Of a stretch of 64,000 bases of DNA, positions 35,705 through 48,722 are shown piece after piece; the first letter of the stretch is position 1; the number at the start of each line of letters is the position of its first letter. Origin of the DNA: Blepharisma stoltei ATCC 30299 (Eukaryota; Protista; Ciliophora); contig CBFDEM010000022.1 in the NCBI GenBank assembly GCA_965603825.1, positions 186,001 through 250,000 on the forward strand, written 5' to 3'. The translations under genes and the position numbers were made by a program. The notes under the pieces were generated by a model. It was not told the origin of the DNA. It ran no database searches and saw nothing but the letters and a program-made list of their open reading frames with translations.

Positions 35705-38700
35705 ATGTCTGATATAGAAATCCCACTACTAGAAGCTCATAAAACAGAAACAGAAATAGAAGCAAATAAAAAAGGAATTACCAAAGCAGCTACCCGTGAT
35801 AATGAAAGTCTTTCAAAGTTTAGTGACGAAGAAAGAGTAAATAGTTATTTTATCAAGCAAGCAATCCCAAAAATAAAGCGTTACTTATCAAACAATCTTC
35901 CGAATCTCATCGGGAAGACCAGAAGATCTGCTATTTCTATCGACATCTCATCAAGTTTAAAAGAAATCCTAATTCCGTGCTATGATGGAATCTTAGTCTA
36001 TAATAATTTAGAAGACCCCAGTAAAACTAAAGAAATAAAAATTTCTGAAAAAGTCCTAACTAATGCCATTTTCAGCAAAAATGATACAGCAGCTATTGTA
36101 GGGTGCAGGGATAAGAAATTGTATATTATAGAATTGAATAATCTGAATATGACAATTCTTTCAGGGCACGATTCTTCGATAACTATGATTGCAACAACAC
36201 CAGATAAAACATTTTTGTTTTCAATTAGCAGCAGAAATGAAGTTTTTAAATGGAATATTAACAAAAAATCATTTTCTGAGATATCAAGTTTTGGAATTTT
36301 CAGTCAGAGTCATTATGATAAACTTGATGTTTCTCAAAAAATGGTTGCATTTCTTAGCAATAAAGGAATGGCCTGCTTATTTTCATTAGACGGTGACAGA
36401 TTTGGAGAAATGCAGTATAAAAAACGCTTGGAGTTCATAAAAATATCTCCTATGGAAGATTATGTTATTCTATCCACAGATGATGCAGTAATAATATTAG
36501 ATATCCATATGACTATTTTGCATGAAATCACAACTCAGCAGGTCCCTGCATCTTTGTCAATAACAGACAAATCCATCTTAATAGGAAACAGATTTGGAAA
36601 GCTTACGTTTTTCGATGTAATTGAGCTTACCTCAATGAGCACTCCTACATCAAATTGCTCAATTGAATGCATTTCTTATCAAATTAAAAATGATTCTATA
36701 TATATGTGTGATATTGAAGGAAACTTGTTTTGCATGAAAAACCCAGGCGCTGATTTTTCTTATAAGCTTCAAGATATTCCTTATCAGTTGGTTGATTTTT
36801 CACATAATAGCAAGAAATTGGTGTATAAAGATTTAATGCCATTTATACAAGAATTAGACTTGAATAGTTATAAAAGCAAACATTTAATAGAAAATGAAGA
36901 CTGGGCAGATAACTTGTTAGTTATGAAAGATAAACTGGTTTTATCGAACTCTCAGTTTATTAGTGTTGTTAATTTGGATACTAAAGAAGAGGAAAGCAGA
37001 ATTAGTCTTGATATGAATGAAGAAACTATAAATTTTGTGATAGAAAGCCAAGATTGCTCTTTATTAGCATTTGGTGGAAAGCTGGGATCGCTGATTGTAA
37101 TGAATTTGAATGAAAGAGCAATTAGGATTAAAATGAAAGAGCACTTGAATTCGTTGAAATGTGCGGTATTTAGTATGGATAACTCAATGGTTATGTCTGG
37201 AAGCTCAGATAAAACGATTATTGTTTGAAATTTAATTGAAAATAGGGTAATGAATACTCTTGTTGGCCATACAAGAGCAGTGCGTTCATTAGAATGTTTA
37301 AGAGATAGCAAAACACTTATATCAGGAGGGAAAGATTCAACAATTAGATTTTGGGATATAAATGCTGGGTATCAAACATACCTGATAAGCACTCAGCAGC
37401 ATAAAATAGTTGGGCTGTATGCTATGAAAGATTACCCTTATTTACTCTCTTGTGGCAATGAAGGATCAATTACTTTCTGAGATTTAAATACATATGAGCA
37501 AATTTTTTCAAGCCTTATAAGCCCGAAAACATCTAGAATGAAGCTATCTCCTAATGAAGATTATATTTTGTATACATCTAGAAGGGATTCATATATAATA
37601 AACAATCCAGTTAAAGCACACACAATAGAAATATCAGGCCCAGGCTCCCAAAAGTATGATTTTATGAAATATCTTGACTCATTGATGACTGTAACTCCTC
37701 TTCAGCACGATAAAGAGATGGATAAATGAGCAGTAATGCCATACTGCTTTACCTCAAAACACTTTTACAGCTTCTACAATCACTATGATCATCTTCAAAA
37801 ATCACTAAATCACAAAATTTCTTTTACAAGTGCTCTTAGTTGTGAAAATCCTTTATCAATCAGTCTTAAAAGAAAAAACTACGAATGCACCGAAGTGATT
37901 GTTGAGAAGTTCGCTGAAATTGCTAATACTCAGCCAAAGTTTTTATCATTGATTAATAATGATATTTTGGTAAAGCTTAACTTTGAGAATTTCCAAAGCC
38001 TTAGCAAGCTATATGATAACACTTTTATTAAGTGGCAAGAAATCAAAGCCTCGAAAACAGCTCCTTGCCCAGCATATGATTTAGTTGACACACTTGATAA
38101 GCATGACCATCTGGACCAACAAATTAAAAATAAATATTTCGGGAAGAAAAAAAATATGAGCCTGTGAAAGAGCTGCTTGAAATTAAATCTAGAAACAGGA
38201 TCGAATGACTCATCAAAGCTTCTCATTAGTATTAAGGAGGCAAAAAATCCACAGATTATTTCTACTTTGTTTATTCAATCTCTTATACATTTCAAATGAA
38301 ATCAGGCATACTTAGTTCATTTAATTCATCTTGCAGTATTTATTTGTTATATAGCTACTCTTATGCTTGGAGATGGCATAGACAGCACTGCAGCAATAAT
38401 TATTTCGTTTGCTTTTAATATTTTGTTAGCAATATATGACATATACCAGACTGTAATAGACTTTTTACAGATGCAGAAGCATAAGTTTTTTAAGCACTCA
38501 ATTGAGATTAGCAGATCCCTTTTATTTTTTGCTTATATTATATTCTGGTCTCAAGATATTTTACTATATTTAGTAACAATATCTTGAATTAATGGATTGT
38601 TTTTCTTTCGATTATATAGGCCAACTATGAGAGCATTGAGGTATATCTCTCATATTATCTGCAAATTAGTCCCAGAAATTATACTAATCATCTACATTAT

Positions 38701-39271
38701 TTTAGCTCTAGGTTTTATTATCTTTTTACAAAGCGCAGAAAGCAGTTTGCTTCACTCATTACATATTTCAACTTATTTAGCTTTGAAAAGCTCTGATTTT
38801 AGTTCAATCCCAGAAAATGAATTAATTATCACAATTGGGATAATCATCTCTGTCTTTATTTTATGCTCACTTATCCCGATATGTGAAGAGGTGCACAATA
38901 AAGTATTAATGGACCTTGAATGAGATGATAGCATTGAAGATATTGAAATGATTATTGAGTATGAAAATTTGTTGATTTGGAAACGAAAAAAAGGAAAGTC
39001 TAAATATTTAGTGGCTTGCTTGGAAAAAGAAGTTAAGAAAATTGACAAGCTGAATGGAAAAATAAATAAAATCAGCCATAGAGTGAGGTCTGAATTGCAA
39101 ATTCAACTGGCAGAAATTTCAAAGAACATTAAAGAAAGTTTTTTAGAGGAAGCTAAAAATGTTCGAGAAAATATTGATAATAAGTATCAAAGATTAGAAG
39201 ATCACATTAAGAAAATGGAAAATAAATATGCGGAAAAGCCCACCTTAACAAATAGCTCTCATTCTCCTTAA
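35705..39271 (+). CDS. WD40 repeat + helical/ankyrin-like + multi-TM (TRP-channel-like) + coiled-coil protein, ~1188 aa
   Basis: Seven same-frame pieces joined at TGA. WD repeats (SGSSDKTIIV-W, GHTRAVRSL…SGGKDSTIRFWD), LIHFK-W before about six hydrophobic segments, C-terminal coiled coil. Confidence 0.75.
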
Positions 39272-39286
39272 GATCTAATCATTAAA

Positions 39287-40933
39287 TTAATGGCTTTGTT
39301 CATTAAGTAGTTTCCTACATAAGTCCGCAAGTTCATCATAAGCTCCTAAGTCCACTTCTTCATTATTAGTTATTTGTTCAACTCTTTTAGTAAGTTCTTC
39401 ATACTTTGGATCGTTAAATTCTTTTAAAGTACCCAAGGATTGGTAAACAATTTCCATCATTTCTTTTTTTGAATTGGAATCATATGCCTGAATAATCATA
39501 TTCATGCAATAGCATGTTAAATAATCAGAATTTCCTTCTATTTCTATAATCTCTTCTCCTGTACCTTCTACCACTTCTTCTTTTTCTACATATTCTATAA
39601 CTTCGGAACGAGTTTCTTGCTTTCTAATAATTCTCGTTTCGCTGCTTTCTATCTCATATGTGGTTTTAGATTCACTCATAGTTTGGGATCTATCTAAAAC
39701 TTTGCTACTGCTTGTTTGTGAATTACTAAATTGTTTACTAAAATTGCTTATCTGGAGCTTTAAGCTTTCATTTTCTTTTTTTAGACTTTTGATTTCTACC
39801 TGAACTGTTTCGAATTGTTTTATCTGGCGACTCAACCTTTCATTTTCTTCTTTTAATCTTTGCATATCTATCTGAACTTCTGTGCTTCCCTTGTTCTTTG
39901 CAGCTTCACGCTTTAGTTTTTCATTCTCATCCATAAGGCCACTTATTCTATATTGTAGATCAGTGGTTTCTTTATCCTTTTTGCCAATAATTTCTTGTGA
40001 TTTGAATTTTTCAGAAGTAAGTGTTTTTATTATTCCATTAAGACTGCTAATTTCTTTGTTTTTTTCTTCAGCCTGCTTCTTTAATTCACTTTCAAGTGTT
40101 TCAATTTTTAGAGAGTATGATGATCTATAAGAACTCAGATCGTTTTGCAGCTCGACTATTGTATTTTTTAGCTCGTTTTCAACTTTTTGTAGCTGCATTC
40201 TATGAGTTTCTTCCATTCTATTTGTAATATCAAGCATCTTCTTATCAAACTCAGCTTTTATTTCTTCTTTCTCTTTATCAAATATTTCAATCCTCTTGTC
40301 TCTTATACTGATATTTTTCCTCAATTCTTCTAACTCTTGTCTGTATTGTTGTATTTTCCTATTATTTTCTTCGATTTCTATTTTATTTTGATCGAGAGTT
40401 ATCACATATCAATTGATTTGGTCTTCTTTTATTTTCAAAAGATTCTTATCATTCTCATGATCTTTCAGGCATTTTGAAAATAACTCTCTTTGGTACTCAT
40501 ATTCTTCTCTGAGATGCTTCATGCTTGCTTTTTCTCTTTCATAGCTTTCGATCCTTTTGTGGACTTGTAAAAAGCAAGAGTAGGTGAAATTTCATAACTC
40601 AACGGCCTCTTTATTCCAGGACTCCTCAATTTGTTTGAGATAGAACCTTAGTTCGCCAGATTTGGCTAATAGAAGGGATGATTTTGAGATGATTTTTTCT
40701 CGATACGCTTTAGTAAACTCTTTTTGACGTCTAAGCTCTTCAAGATACTCGTTTTGCTTGAGGTATTTTTCTTGCCTTTTTCTACGATTGAAATCCTCCA
40801 CAAGTTTTTTGCTGTTTAAGCTTTCTTCTTCCATTTGAATCATTAGATTGTAATTTCTTTGGCTTTCCTTTATAAAACTGGAAATAGGCTCATCTGCATA
40901 TTCAGCGGAGCATTTCCAGCACTTTCTATACAT
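39287..40933 (-). CDS. Hypothetical coiled-coil protein, ~548 aa
   Basis: Two same-frame pieces bridged by an open stretch containing only TGA. Confidence 0.72.
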
Positions 40934-41150
40934 ATTGGAATATAGATTATTAAAGTTATTTTTAATTAAAATAAGGCTGAAATCATTAAAAGCAAGGATT
41001 TTTTGTAACGCCTAGTGATTTATTACATTAAAGAATTTTCATTTATTTAAACATTTTTCTAGGGATTGACACTATATATAATTATATCTTGTTGGGCTGT
41101 GCATTAATTTAACTATAATTTAATAGCACTAACAACCATTTTAAAATAAA

Positions 41151-42173
41151 ATGAGTGAAGAAAAAGTCAACATCGGCAACTATAAAGGGGTTATGCTATG
41201 CAATCGTCCTAATCAATCATCAGAAAACTCCAAAAGAAATAGAGCCTTCATTTCAAGAGTTGATCCCAAAGAACCAATAGGTTGGAATCCTGTTAAAAAG
41301 CAAATCTACAATGTCTCTAAGCCAAAACCTAAAGAAATCTTAACACGGCATAGAAAATGACTTGCAAGAATCCAGGAAAACCGTATGAAAGCTCTAAAAG
41401 AAAACGAAGAAATAGAACGCCAAAAAGCATCCAAAAAAGAGAATTTCCAAACATCCATGAGCAAACAACGCAAAAGGCTGTTAGGAACAGTAGATCCAGA
41501 AGAGAAAAAACAAATCCTATCAGGTCAATACGAAGAAGAAGATTTAAATAGCAGCAAACCTCGAGCTCAGACAGCAGAACCAAGCACAAAGAAACCGAAA
41601 TGGGCACTAACTGAAGAAGAAGCAGAAAAACAAGAAGAAACCGAAGTAGACGACCTACTTAGGTTTGTAGAAGACTTGGATTACGACGAAATCGTCAATG
41701 ATCTAGAAGTAAAGATGGCACTTGAAGTCGTCAAAGAAAAAGTCACGAAATTGATTGAGAGCAAGCCAGATTTGAAAGAAAAATTCATCGCAAGACAAGA
41801 AGAGAAGAAAAAAGCAAGACTAGAAGGCAGAACAATTAAAACAGAAGCTTCAAAAGAAGACACTGACTGGGGCTCTGTCAAAAGTGAGTCAGTTGTACAT
41901 GACCAAGACTGGGATCCAACTAGCAAAGACGGCGACCCTAAGAAAAAATATCAAAAACTGGTGAAAAAGATTGCTGATAAGATTTTGAAAGAAAACCCAT
42001 TCCTTAAAGCGATTCACTCGAATTCGTCGATTAGGAAACTAATGGAAAATGAAATTCTGACTAGCATTGGGGCACAGCCTCCTGTGGTTTCAGTTGTCAA
42101 AGAAACTGCTACAAGAAAAGACGTGATTGATGCCAGTAATTTGCCTTATCTTCATAGAAATCCAGCAGTTTAA
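41151..42173 (+). CDS. Hypothetical protein, ~340 aa
   Basis: 41151..41360 and 41385..42173 are in frame via TGA (HRK-W-LARIQ). Motif-like termini (NYKGVMLCNRP; SNLPYLHRNPAV). Confidence 0.8.
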
Positions 42174-42252
42174 CTATAATCTTTATTTATTTATATTTAT
42201 TAGGAAATTTATCTCAAAATTATAAATTTGACGTTACTGATAATTAAAAAAA

Positions 42253-43725
42253 ATGGAAAAAGTCGCCCATAAAGGCGCTACCTTAAGCAATGTTGACAGA
42301 CTGATATTTGATACATTAAATTCGAGAACATCTCCACCTTCTAGTCCTATATTTAGCTCAAAATCGCAATCTTATTTCAGAATTTATACATCAAACTCAA
42401 GGATAATAAGAAAAGATTTAAATGGCTTCGAAAGGACTACCCAAGCCACTTTTTGGAACTATCGAATGAAAAAACCTTCAATTGATTATAAAGATTTGCA
42501 AAAGCAAACAAGCGGCCAAGATACTTATCTTCTTCTTGAAAATAGATTTTTTGATACCAGAAGAAACCTATTGCAAGCAAAAAGTGATTTTCTAGATATT
42601 AAACGAGATATTGCTACATATGAATATGAATTTGCTAAAAATGCATCGATAAGTTTGATACTAATGAAAGTAAGCAATGCTTCAGCAAATCTGCCGATTC
42701 CTATTGAAGATTTTCAAAATTCTAATTTAAGCACTTCAAGCCATCTTCACCTATTAAAAGAAAAATTTTCCCAAATTCATCAGTCAGCTCAGACACATAT
42801 TTTGAAAAAGAATAAAGAATATGTAAAAGAAAATATGGATGTTAGGGCAAAAACAAGCTATAATAAACTTTTTTTAATCTATCAATGTCTCGCAGATTTA
42901 TCATGTATATGCTGTTCTATTCAAATTTTGACAAATTCTTTATATAAAACTATAGTCGCTGTTGCTCTTCTTCCATCTGGCCAATCATTAAAGACTAATA
43001 TTGATAGAAAAATTATTACTTCAAAAGAAACTGATTTATCTAAAACAATAAAAAATGACTTAGTACCAAAGCTATTCCTCACAAATAGCAATGACGATTT
43101 ATTTTTGAATTGGCACGATGACTATGGATCATTATTTTTTACCATTATTACTCAAGTTAAAGGATACAAAAAGCCTGTAACACTACTTTTAAAAGAAAAA
43201 AGCTCAAAAGGGCTAGTTCTGATATATGGAGAGACTGAACTAGAAATTGCTTATTCACGATTGCAGATAAAAAAACTGGAAAAGAGTTCTTTACGCCATA
43301 TAAAAAAGAAGCTAATAAAGCACCTTTATTATGATTCGAAAATTGGCCATTTGCAGTGAATTGAAAATGCAAATTCTATGTTTGATAAAAAAGAAAAAAA
43401 TTCATTATTTTTGGATTTAAATTATATATATGAAGTTCTTGGTATTAAGCTATTTCATTTTAACTCTTATTTTATGTATGAGCTTGGAGAAGACACATAT
43501 AAAATCGAAATATGAGTATATAAAGAGCATGCCATGATTAAAGTATTCAAAAATTTGAAATTAATTGATCAAACTGAATCAGGAGCGCATAATTTTAAAT
43601 TCGTTACAGATTTGCAAATTCTTGATATTATTTCCAGTCCATTAACTTTATCTCGATCACTTGAATTCAAATTCTATCTCAAAAGTCTTGAATTTGAATG
43701 TTTGAATAGCAGCTTATCAATGTAA
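42253..43725 (+). CDS. Hypothetical protein, ~490 aa
   Basis: Same-frame pieces bridged through two TGA to TAA. Confidence 0.65.
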
Positions 43726-43983
43726 TGATGCTTATAATAATATTTTTTGCCTAAATCTAAAAAGAATAAAAGTTTAATAATTCTTTATCAATATTATTTG
43801 CTTTTAAAAATGAAAATTCATTTTTATTAATTACTTCTTAGTATTTTTCTAGCATAAAAATAATTTTACTATTTTCTTTAAATTTGAGGATCTTTTATTT
43901 TACTAAAATAATTTCCAAAATCTTTAAAATTATTCTTAGAATCATTATCAGCTAATTAATTTCACTTATTTAAATATGTCCGA

Positions 43984-44349
43984 TTATCTCTGGATATCCT
44001 TAAATGGGACTTTGCTTTCTTTTAACTTTTTTTGAATGCTTCCAGATGTCAATCCTTCGCTCAGTTCATCGTATCCTCCTACATGAATTCCTCCAATAAA
44101 TATATTCGGAACAGTCGGCTGATTTGTAATTTCTTTAAGCGCGCTTTTTATTGAGTCTCCTTCTTTTTCAGTGTCCACTTCAATTATTTTAGGCTGAATC
44201 TCCATTTTCTTAAACACAGATTTTGTTTGCATGCAATACGGGCAAGTTGTCCTAGAAAACATAATCACAGGATTAGATTCAATAAGACTAAGAGCCATTT
44301 GTTTCTGTTCGAATGAATGTGTAAAATTCCTTAAAAACAATTTAATCAT
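43984..44349 (-). CDS. Dithiol glutaredoxin (CPYC), possible mitochondrial presequence
   Basis: FSRTTCPYC, TVPNIFIGGIHVGGYD. Confidence 0.95.
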   Translation of the reverse strand: MIKLFLRNFTHSFEQKQMALSLIESNPVIMFSRTTCPYCMQTKSVFKKMEIQPKIIEVDTEKEGDSIKSALKEITNQPTVPNIFIGGIHVGGYDELSEGLTSGSIQKKLKESKVPFKDIQR

Positions 44350-44405
44350 AATACTTAATATATTTGAATTCCATATCCTAATTTAAATCCTGGCCATAAT
44401 ATTTA

Positions 44406-45680
44406 ATGTCCTCATCTGGCATTAACTGCCCTCTAACTTGGCAAGGAGTAGGAGATATTACAATTTTCCTAGGACTTGTAAGGATCATTTAGGTTGGTCT
44501 TACATTAATGGAACATGGCTTAGTCCGAGAAGGTTTTAGCAGTCACCTTCTTCTTAAAAATTGGCTCCAATTCTCAGTTGGTATCGTCGCATGGTGGCTG
44601 TTAGGCTATGGCTTTGCATTTGGAAACGTTGAAGAGAGCGAGTTTATTGGAAAAAAGAACTTTGGAGGTGAAGATTGGCTACAAGAAAGAGATCATAACC
44701 ATGGTGCTTGTGCTTCCTTTTTTGCGCTGTGCGGATTTTTTGTGTTATTTGTGATCAACGGCGCTATAAGTGAAAGAACTAAATACCATGTTTATCAATG
44801 GTATGCTTGGTGGGTCATGCTTTTTGCTTGGCCTGTTGTTGTAGCATGGTCCTGGGGTGGCGGCTGGCTTGATATGGAGCTCGACAAGCCTTTAATTGAC
44901 AATGGCGGAGCCATCAACGTCCATCTTTTCGCTGGCGCTTTTGGTCTTATTGGAGCAATTTTCTTAGGACCAAGGATTGGAAGATACTCTTCATCACCTA
45001 GCGTTTTCCACATGAAATTCCACGTTGCTTACATACTTGGGGCTACTTTGGTCATTTTAGGTATATTTGGACTTAACCAGTCCTTAAGTCCTGATGGTGT
45101 TTCAAGAGGCCTATCCGCAGTTAACACTTGGATTTGTGCAGGAGTTTCCTCAATAGTCTCGCTTAAGCTACTTACAATATTTTCAACAGACATTCACACC
45201 CACTTAATCGCAATTTACCAAGGATTCATTGCAGGGATGATCTGTGTATCAAACTCAGCTTACAATACTACACCATGGCAAGCTGGGCTCTTAGGGCTTA
45301 TCAGTGGAATCGTTTTTGCAGCTGGCTTTTACTTTTGCAGGTTCAACAAAATTGATGATGTTTTGAACGTCACGGCAACGTTCTTTTTCCCAGGCATAAT
45401 TGGAGGAATTCTCCCTGGGTTTATCACTGACGATAATGGATGTTTCTGGCAAGGAATCTCAGGCCACACCTTAGCGACACAAGTTGTAGGAGTCATTGTG
45501 GTCACTGGATGGTCTATGACCTGGGCTGTGATTCTTTTTGGAAGTATGGCCGTATTTAAAGCTTTTAGACTGGATAAAGATTTAGAACTATCAAAACTTA
45601 ATACTTGTGAAATCAAACAAACAGGATGGAAATTGCCTGAAGGAGCTGAAAATACTGCTAGGGAAAGTAATCAATCATAA
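44406..45680 (+). CDS. AMT: Ammonium transporter (Amt/Mep/Rh family), ~419 aa, one intron; atypical pore residues
   Basis: GAISER, WGGGWL, DNGGAINVH, GPRIGRY, KIDDVL motifs and many TM segments. Upstream ATG at 44406 is joined via a 15-nt intron. Confidence 0.9.
44478..44492 (+). other. 15-nt intron GTAAGGATCATTTAG
   Basis: GT..AG, A at position 10, in-frame TAG. Confidence 0.85.
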
Positions 45681-45715
45681 GTTAAATAATATCTTAAAAA
45701 ATATATCAGTTAATT

Positions 45716-48091
45716 CTAAAAAGGCTTGCAGTTGTCTTTATAAGGCATTTGGAACATTTTGTTGTGCTCACCTGTAAGCAGCCGAGGCCTTGAAAAGTCA
45801 GGCTTGCTACCTGCTTCAGTGTCTGCGTCAGAGCTTCGGTTTTTTCCTATTGGAATTGTTGCTTTTCCGCCTTTTATTGATTTTCGAATGCGAGTGCTTC
45901 CAGAACCAACTTCAATTGTAGATCCAAATGGAACTCTATTAATTATATTTTGTTCTTCATACTTCGCATAAAGGTCTTTTATGAACTTTTCAGCTTCAGC
46001 AAGCTTTTCTTTATCCTTCTTGGACTCTGCTTCTAGTTTTAGACATTTTTCATTGACATTGGCAAGTTTTCTATCAACAACTTGCTTTTGGATTTTGCTT
46101 TCGGCAAGCTGGCTGAAGAGATTGTGACTGTTTAAGGTTGACTGTTCAAATGATTTTTCCAGGCTTTCATTTTTTGATCTTAATTTCTTTACTTCTTCAG
46201 ATAGTGCTTGCTCCATTGTCGAGTAGTTTTCTTTGGTTTCATTAAGCTCTATTTGGAGTTCAGCTGATTTTTCAAGGATAGCTTGAAAATCGTTCATCAA
46301 GGTCTGTTTTTCCTCATTTCACAATGTTTGCTCTTCACGAACAGCTTCCTCTCGCAGATATTCCTTAATTTTATCTAGATTTGGAATAGCATTACTTGCC
46401 TGTTCATTTCATCGTCTTTCTAGGTGCTCACATCTTGCAATAAGTTCTTTGCTCTTCTTTTGCTCTTCTTGAAGCTGTGCTCTTAAGACTTGTATCTGAT
46501 GTTCTAAATCTTTTATATTTACTGTTGAAGGAGCTTCCCTTGGCTGGGTTTTCCATTTCAAAATTTCTTCATCTTTTTTAATTATAGTCTGTTCTAGCTC
46601 ATTTTTCTTCTCATTGAGAGAGCTTATATCATTTCTTAAGTACTCCTGCGCCATTATCAGCTGCTCAATATGTTCTTCTTTTTCAGCTAGTGTGCTTTCA
46701 GTAGTTGTCAGCTTTTCTTGAAGCGACCCTATATGTTTGTTTAAGAAATCATAGTCTCCTTTAATTTCTTCATTTTCCTTTGTTTTTATTTCGATTTCTT
46801 GTCGAAGTTTTGAGTTCATGTCGACTTCTTCAGAAAGCCTGGCTCTGGTGTCTTCTAATTCTTGTATCATATCATCGTAAACAGAAACTTTTGAAATTTC
46901 AAGTTCGCTTTCATCTTTGGTTGAGCTTTCTTCGTCGCCTCCAATTAAAATTCCTGATTTATTAACAGCTTGCTCTAATACTGAAATTCTTTTGTCTTTG
47001 AGCATGATTTCTTCTTTAGCTTTGGTCAGCATTAATTTAAGCTCAGCAACGGTGTATTCTTTGTTAACTTTGGCTTTATTTTTAATTGATTTTGCCCTGA
47101 TTCCGAATCGTAAGGTGCTTAGCGTTTCTGCTTCATTATAAGGATGTGGGGAGCAGGCTATAATTAGAGTAGTTTTTGAATTCCCTCCTAGAGAATCCTG
47201 CAAAACTCTTGTTAACTTTGAGTCTCTATAAGGCACGTGCGATGATTTTCCATCAGTCAGTGCATTAATGACTTGTCCTAGCGCAGTTAACGATTTATTG
47301 ATATTTTTTGCTTCTTCCAATCTTTTTCCTTCTGCCCCAGTTTTCCCTACTTTTTCTGATCCAGCTAAATCCACCAAATAAAATTTCCCAGACTTAGTTG
47401 ACATATCTAATTTATTAGTCTGAGTAATCGTAACACAGAACAGCGAATGCGACCTAGAAGACCCAGCGTTCATATGTGTATATGCTACTTCTCTATTATT
47501 TGTCCCAATCCTCATAAGTTCATATACTTCTCTATCATTTGTGACATAACTTTCAGTCAAGTCTTCAATATAAACTCCTCTTGCTTTGTCTTCATGGATT
47601 TTCAAATTATTTTTCCTTGGGTCTAGCAAGTCTTTAATCTTTTCCATATAGATTTCACAGTACCCAACTTTTACAGTGAACTCTATATGCTCGTCAGCAT
47701 TATTTATTTTTGCAAAAACGTCGCCTACCATTCTTGGAATAATTCCCATGAGCTCTGGATCAGTAATGACCCCTGTCATTGTAAAAGTTTTCCCTGAAGA
47801 AGTTTGACCATAAGCGAATATAGTCCCATTATATCCCTGCATTACCGCATCCACAATAGGGCTTGCTGCTACTTTATAGATTTTTGATTGGACTGTCGAG
47901 GGATCGAATACATAATCAAACACAAATCGCAATGGTTCAGAATTTTCAGTTTCAGCTCGCATCATAACTGTCTTGCTGTCAGGTCCGAAATCCACGCATA
48001 TGTTTTCTGCCATTGCCTTTTCTTTTTCGTTCAAAGGTCTAAATCTGCAGAGGACCCGGATATTTCCAGATGAATCATCAGATGTTTCCAT
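45716..48091 (-). CDS. KHC: Kinesin-1 (conventional kinesin heavy chain), ~791 aa
   Basis: GQTSSGKT, NAGSSRSH, DLAGSE and HVPYRDSKLTR motor motifs. Coiled-coil stalk continues through two TGA; tail IRKSIKGG resembles the IAK motif. Confidence 0.92.
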
Positions 48092-48318
48092 TTTACAACA
48101 ATGTTAACTTTGAAGTTTAAACATGAAATCCTTTATTCTACAATAAAGCAGCCTTAATTTATTCTTAATCTTATTTTTCAATTCCTTTAAAAAGTAAAAT
48201 ACTTTGTAAATAAGATTTAGACAGACTGCCATTTAATTTGAATTATTTTAAGGTTTTTTGAATATTTTCTGGTATTTAGAAATTAATTTCTTTTTATTGC
48301 TAGTAATATTTGAAGAAA

Positions 48319-48705
48319 ATGAAGCCTGTGCACAATGCTCATGAATCTTTTGATATAATTGGAGATGAACTGAGACAAGGAGTAAACAATTCAAGTGATC
48401 TAACGCCGATTGAAATTGCAGATATACAATTAGAGACTGGAATCAGCCAAGAATCAACAGCAATCCCGAAAAAAACTCTGGTTGCGTCGATTCTGCTTTT
48501 TATAATTGGAAGCATCTTGATTGTGGTAGGGTGCGTTGAAGAATATGTGCTCTATGATAAAAGTCAAGGCTTGGCTATGCTTGTGGTTGGGTCAATCACT
48601 TTTATCCCAGGAATGTATTATTCTTATCTGTTTTACAAAGTATATAAAGCAAAAACATTGGTAGAAAGGATGAGAATCCTTAGAGAAATTCCAGATATGA
48701 GTTAA
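48319..48705 (+). CDS. TMEM230: TMEM230/TMEM134-family two-TM membrane protein, 128 aa
   Basis: IPKKTLVASILLFIIGSILI…LVVGSITFIPGMYY…EIPD pattern; first ATG at 48319. Confidence 0.7.
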   Translation: MKPVHNAHESFDIIGDELRQGVNNSSDLTPIEIADIQLETGISQESTAIPKKTLVASILLFIIGSILIVVGCVEEYVLYDKSQGLAMLVVGSITFIPGMYYSYLFYKVYKAKTLVERMRILREIPDMS

Positions 48706-48722
48706 ATATTAAGTTTAATATA

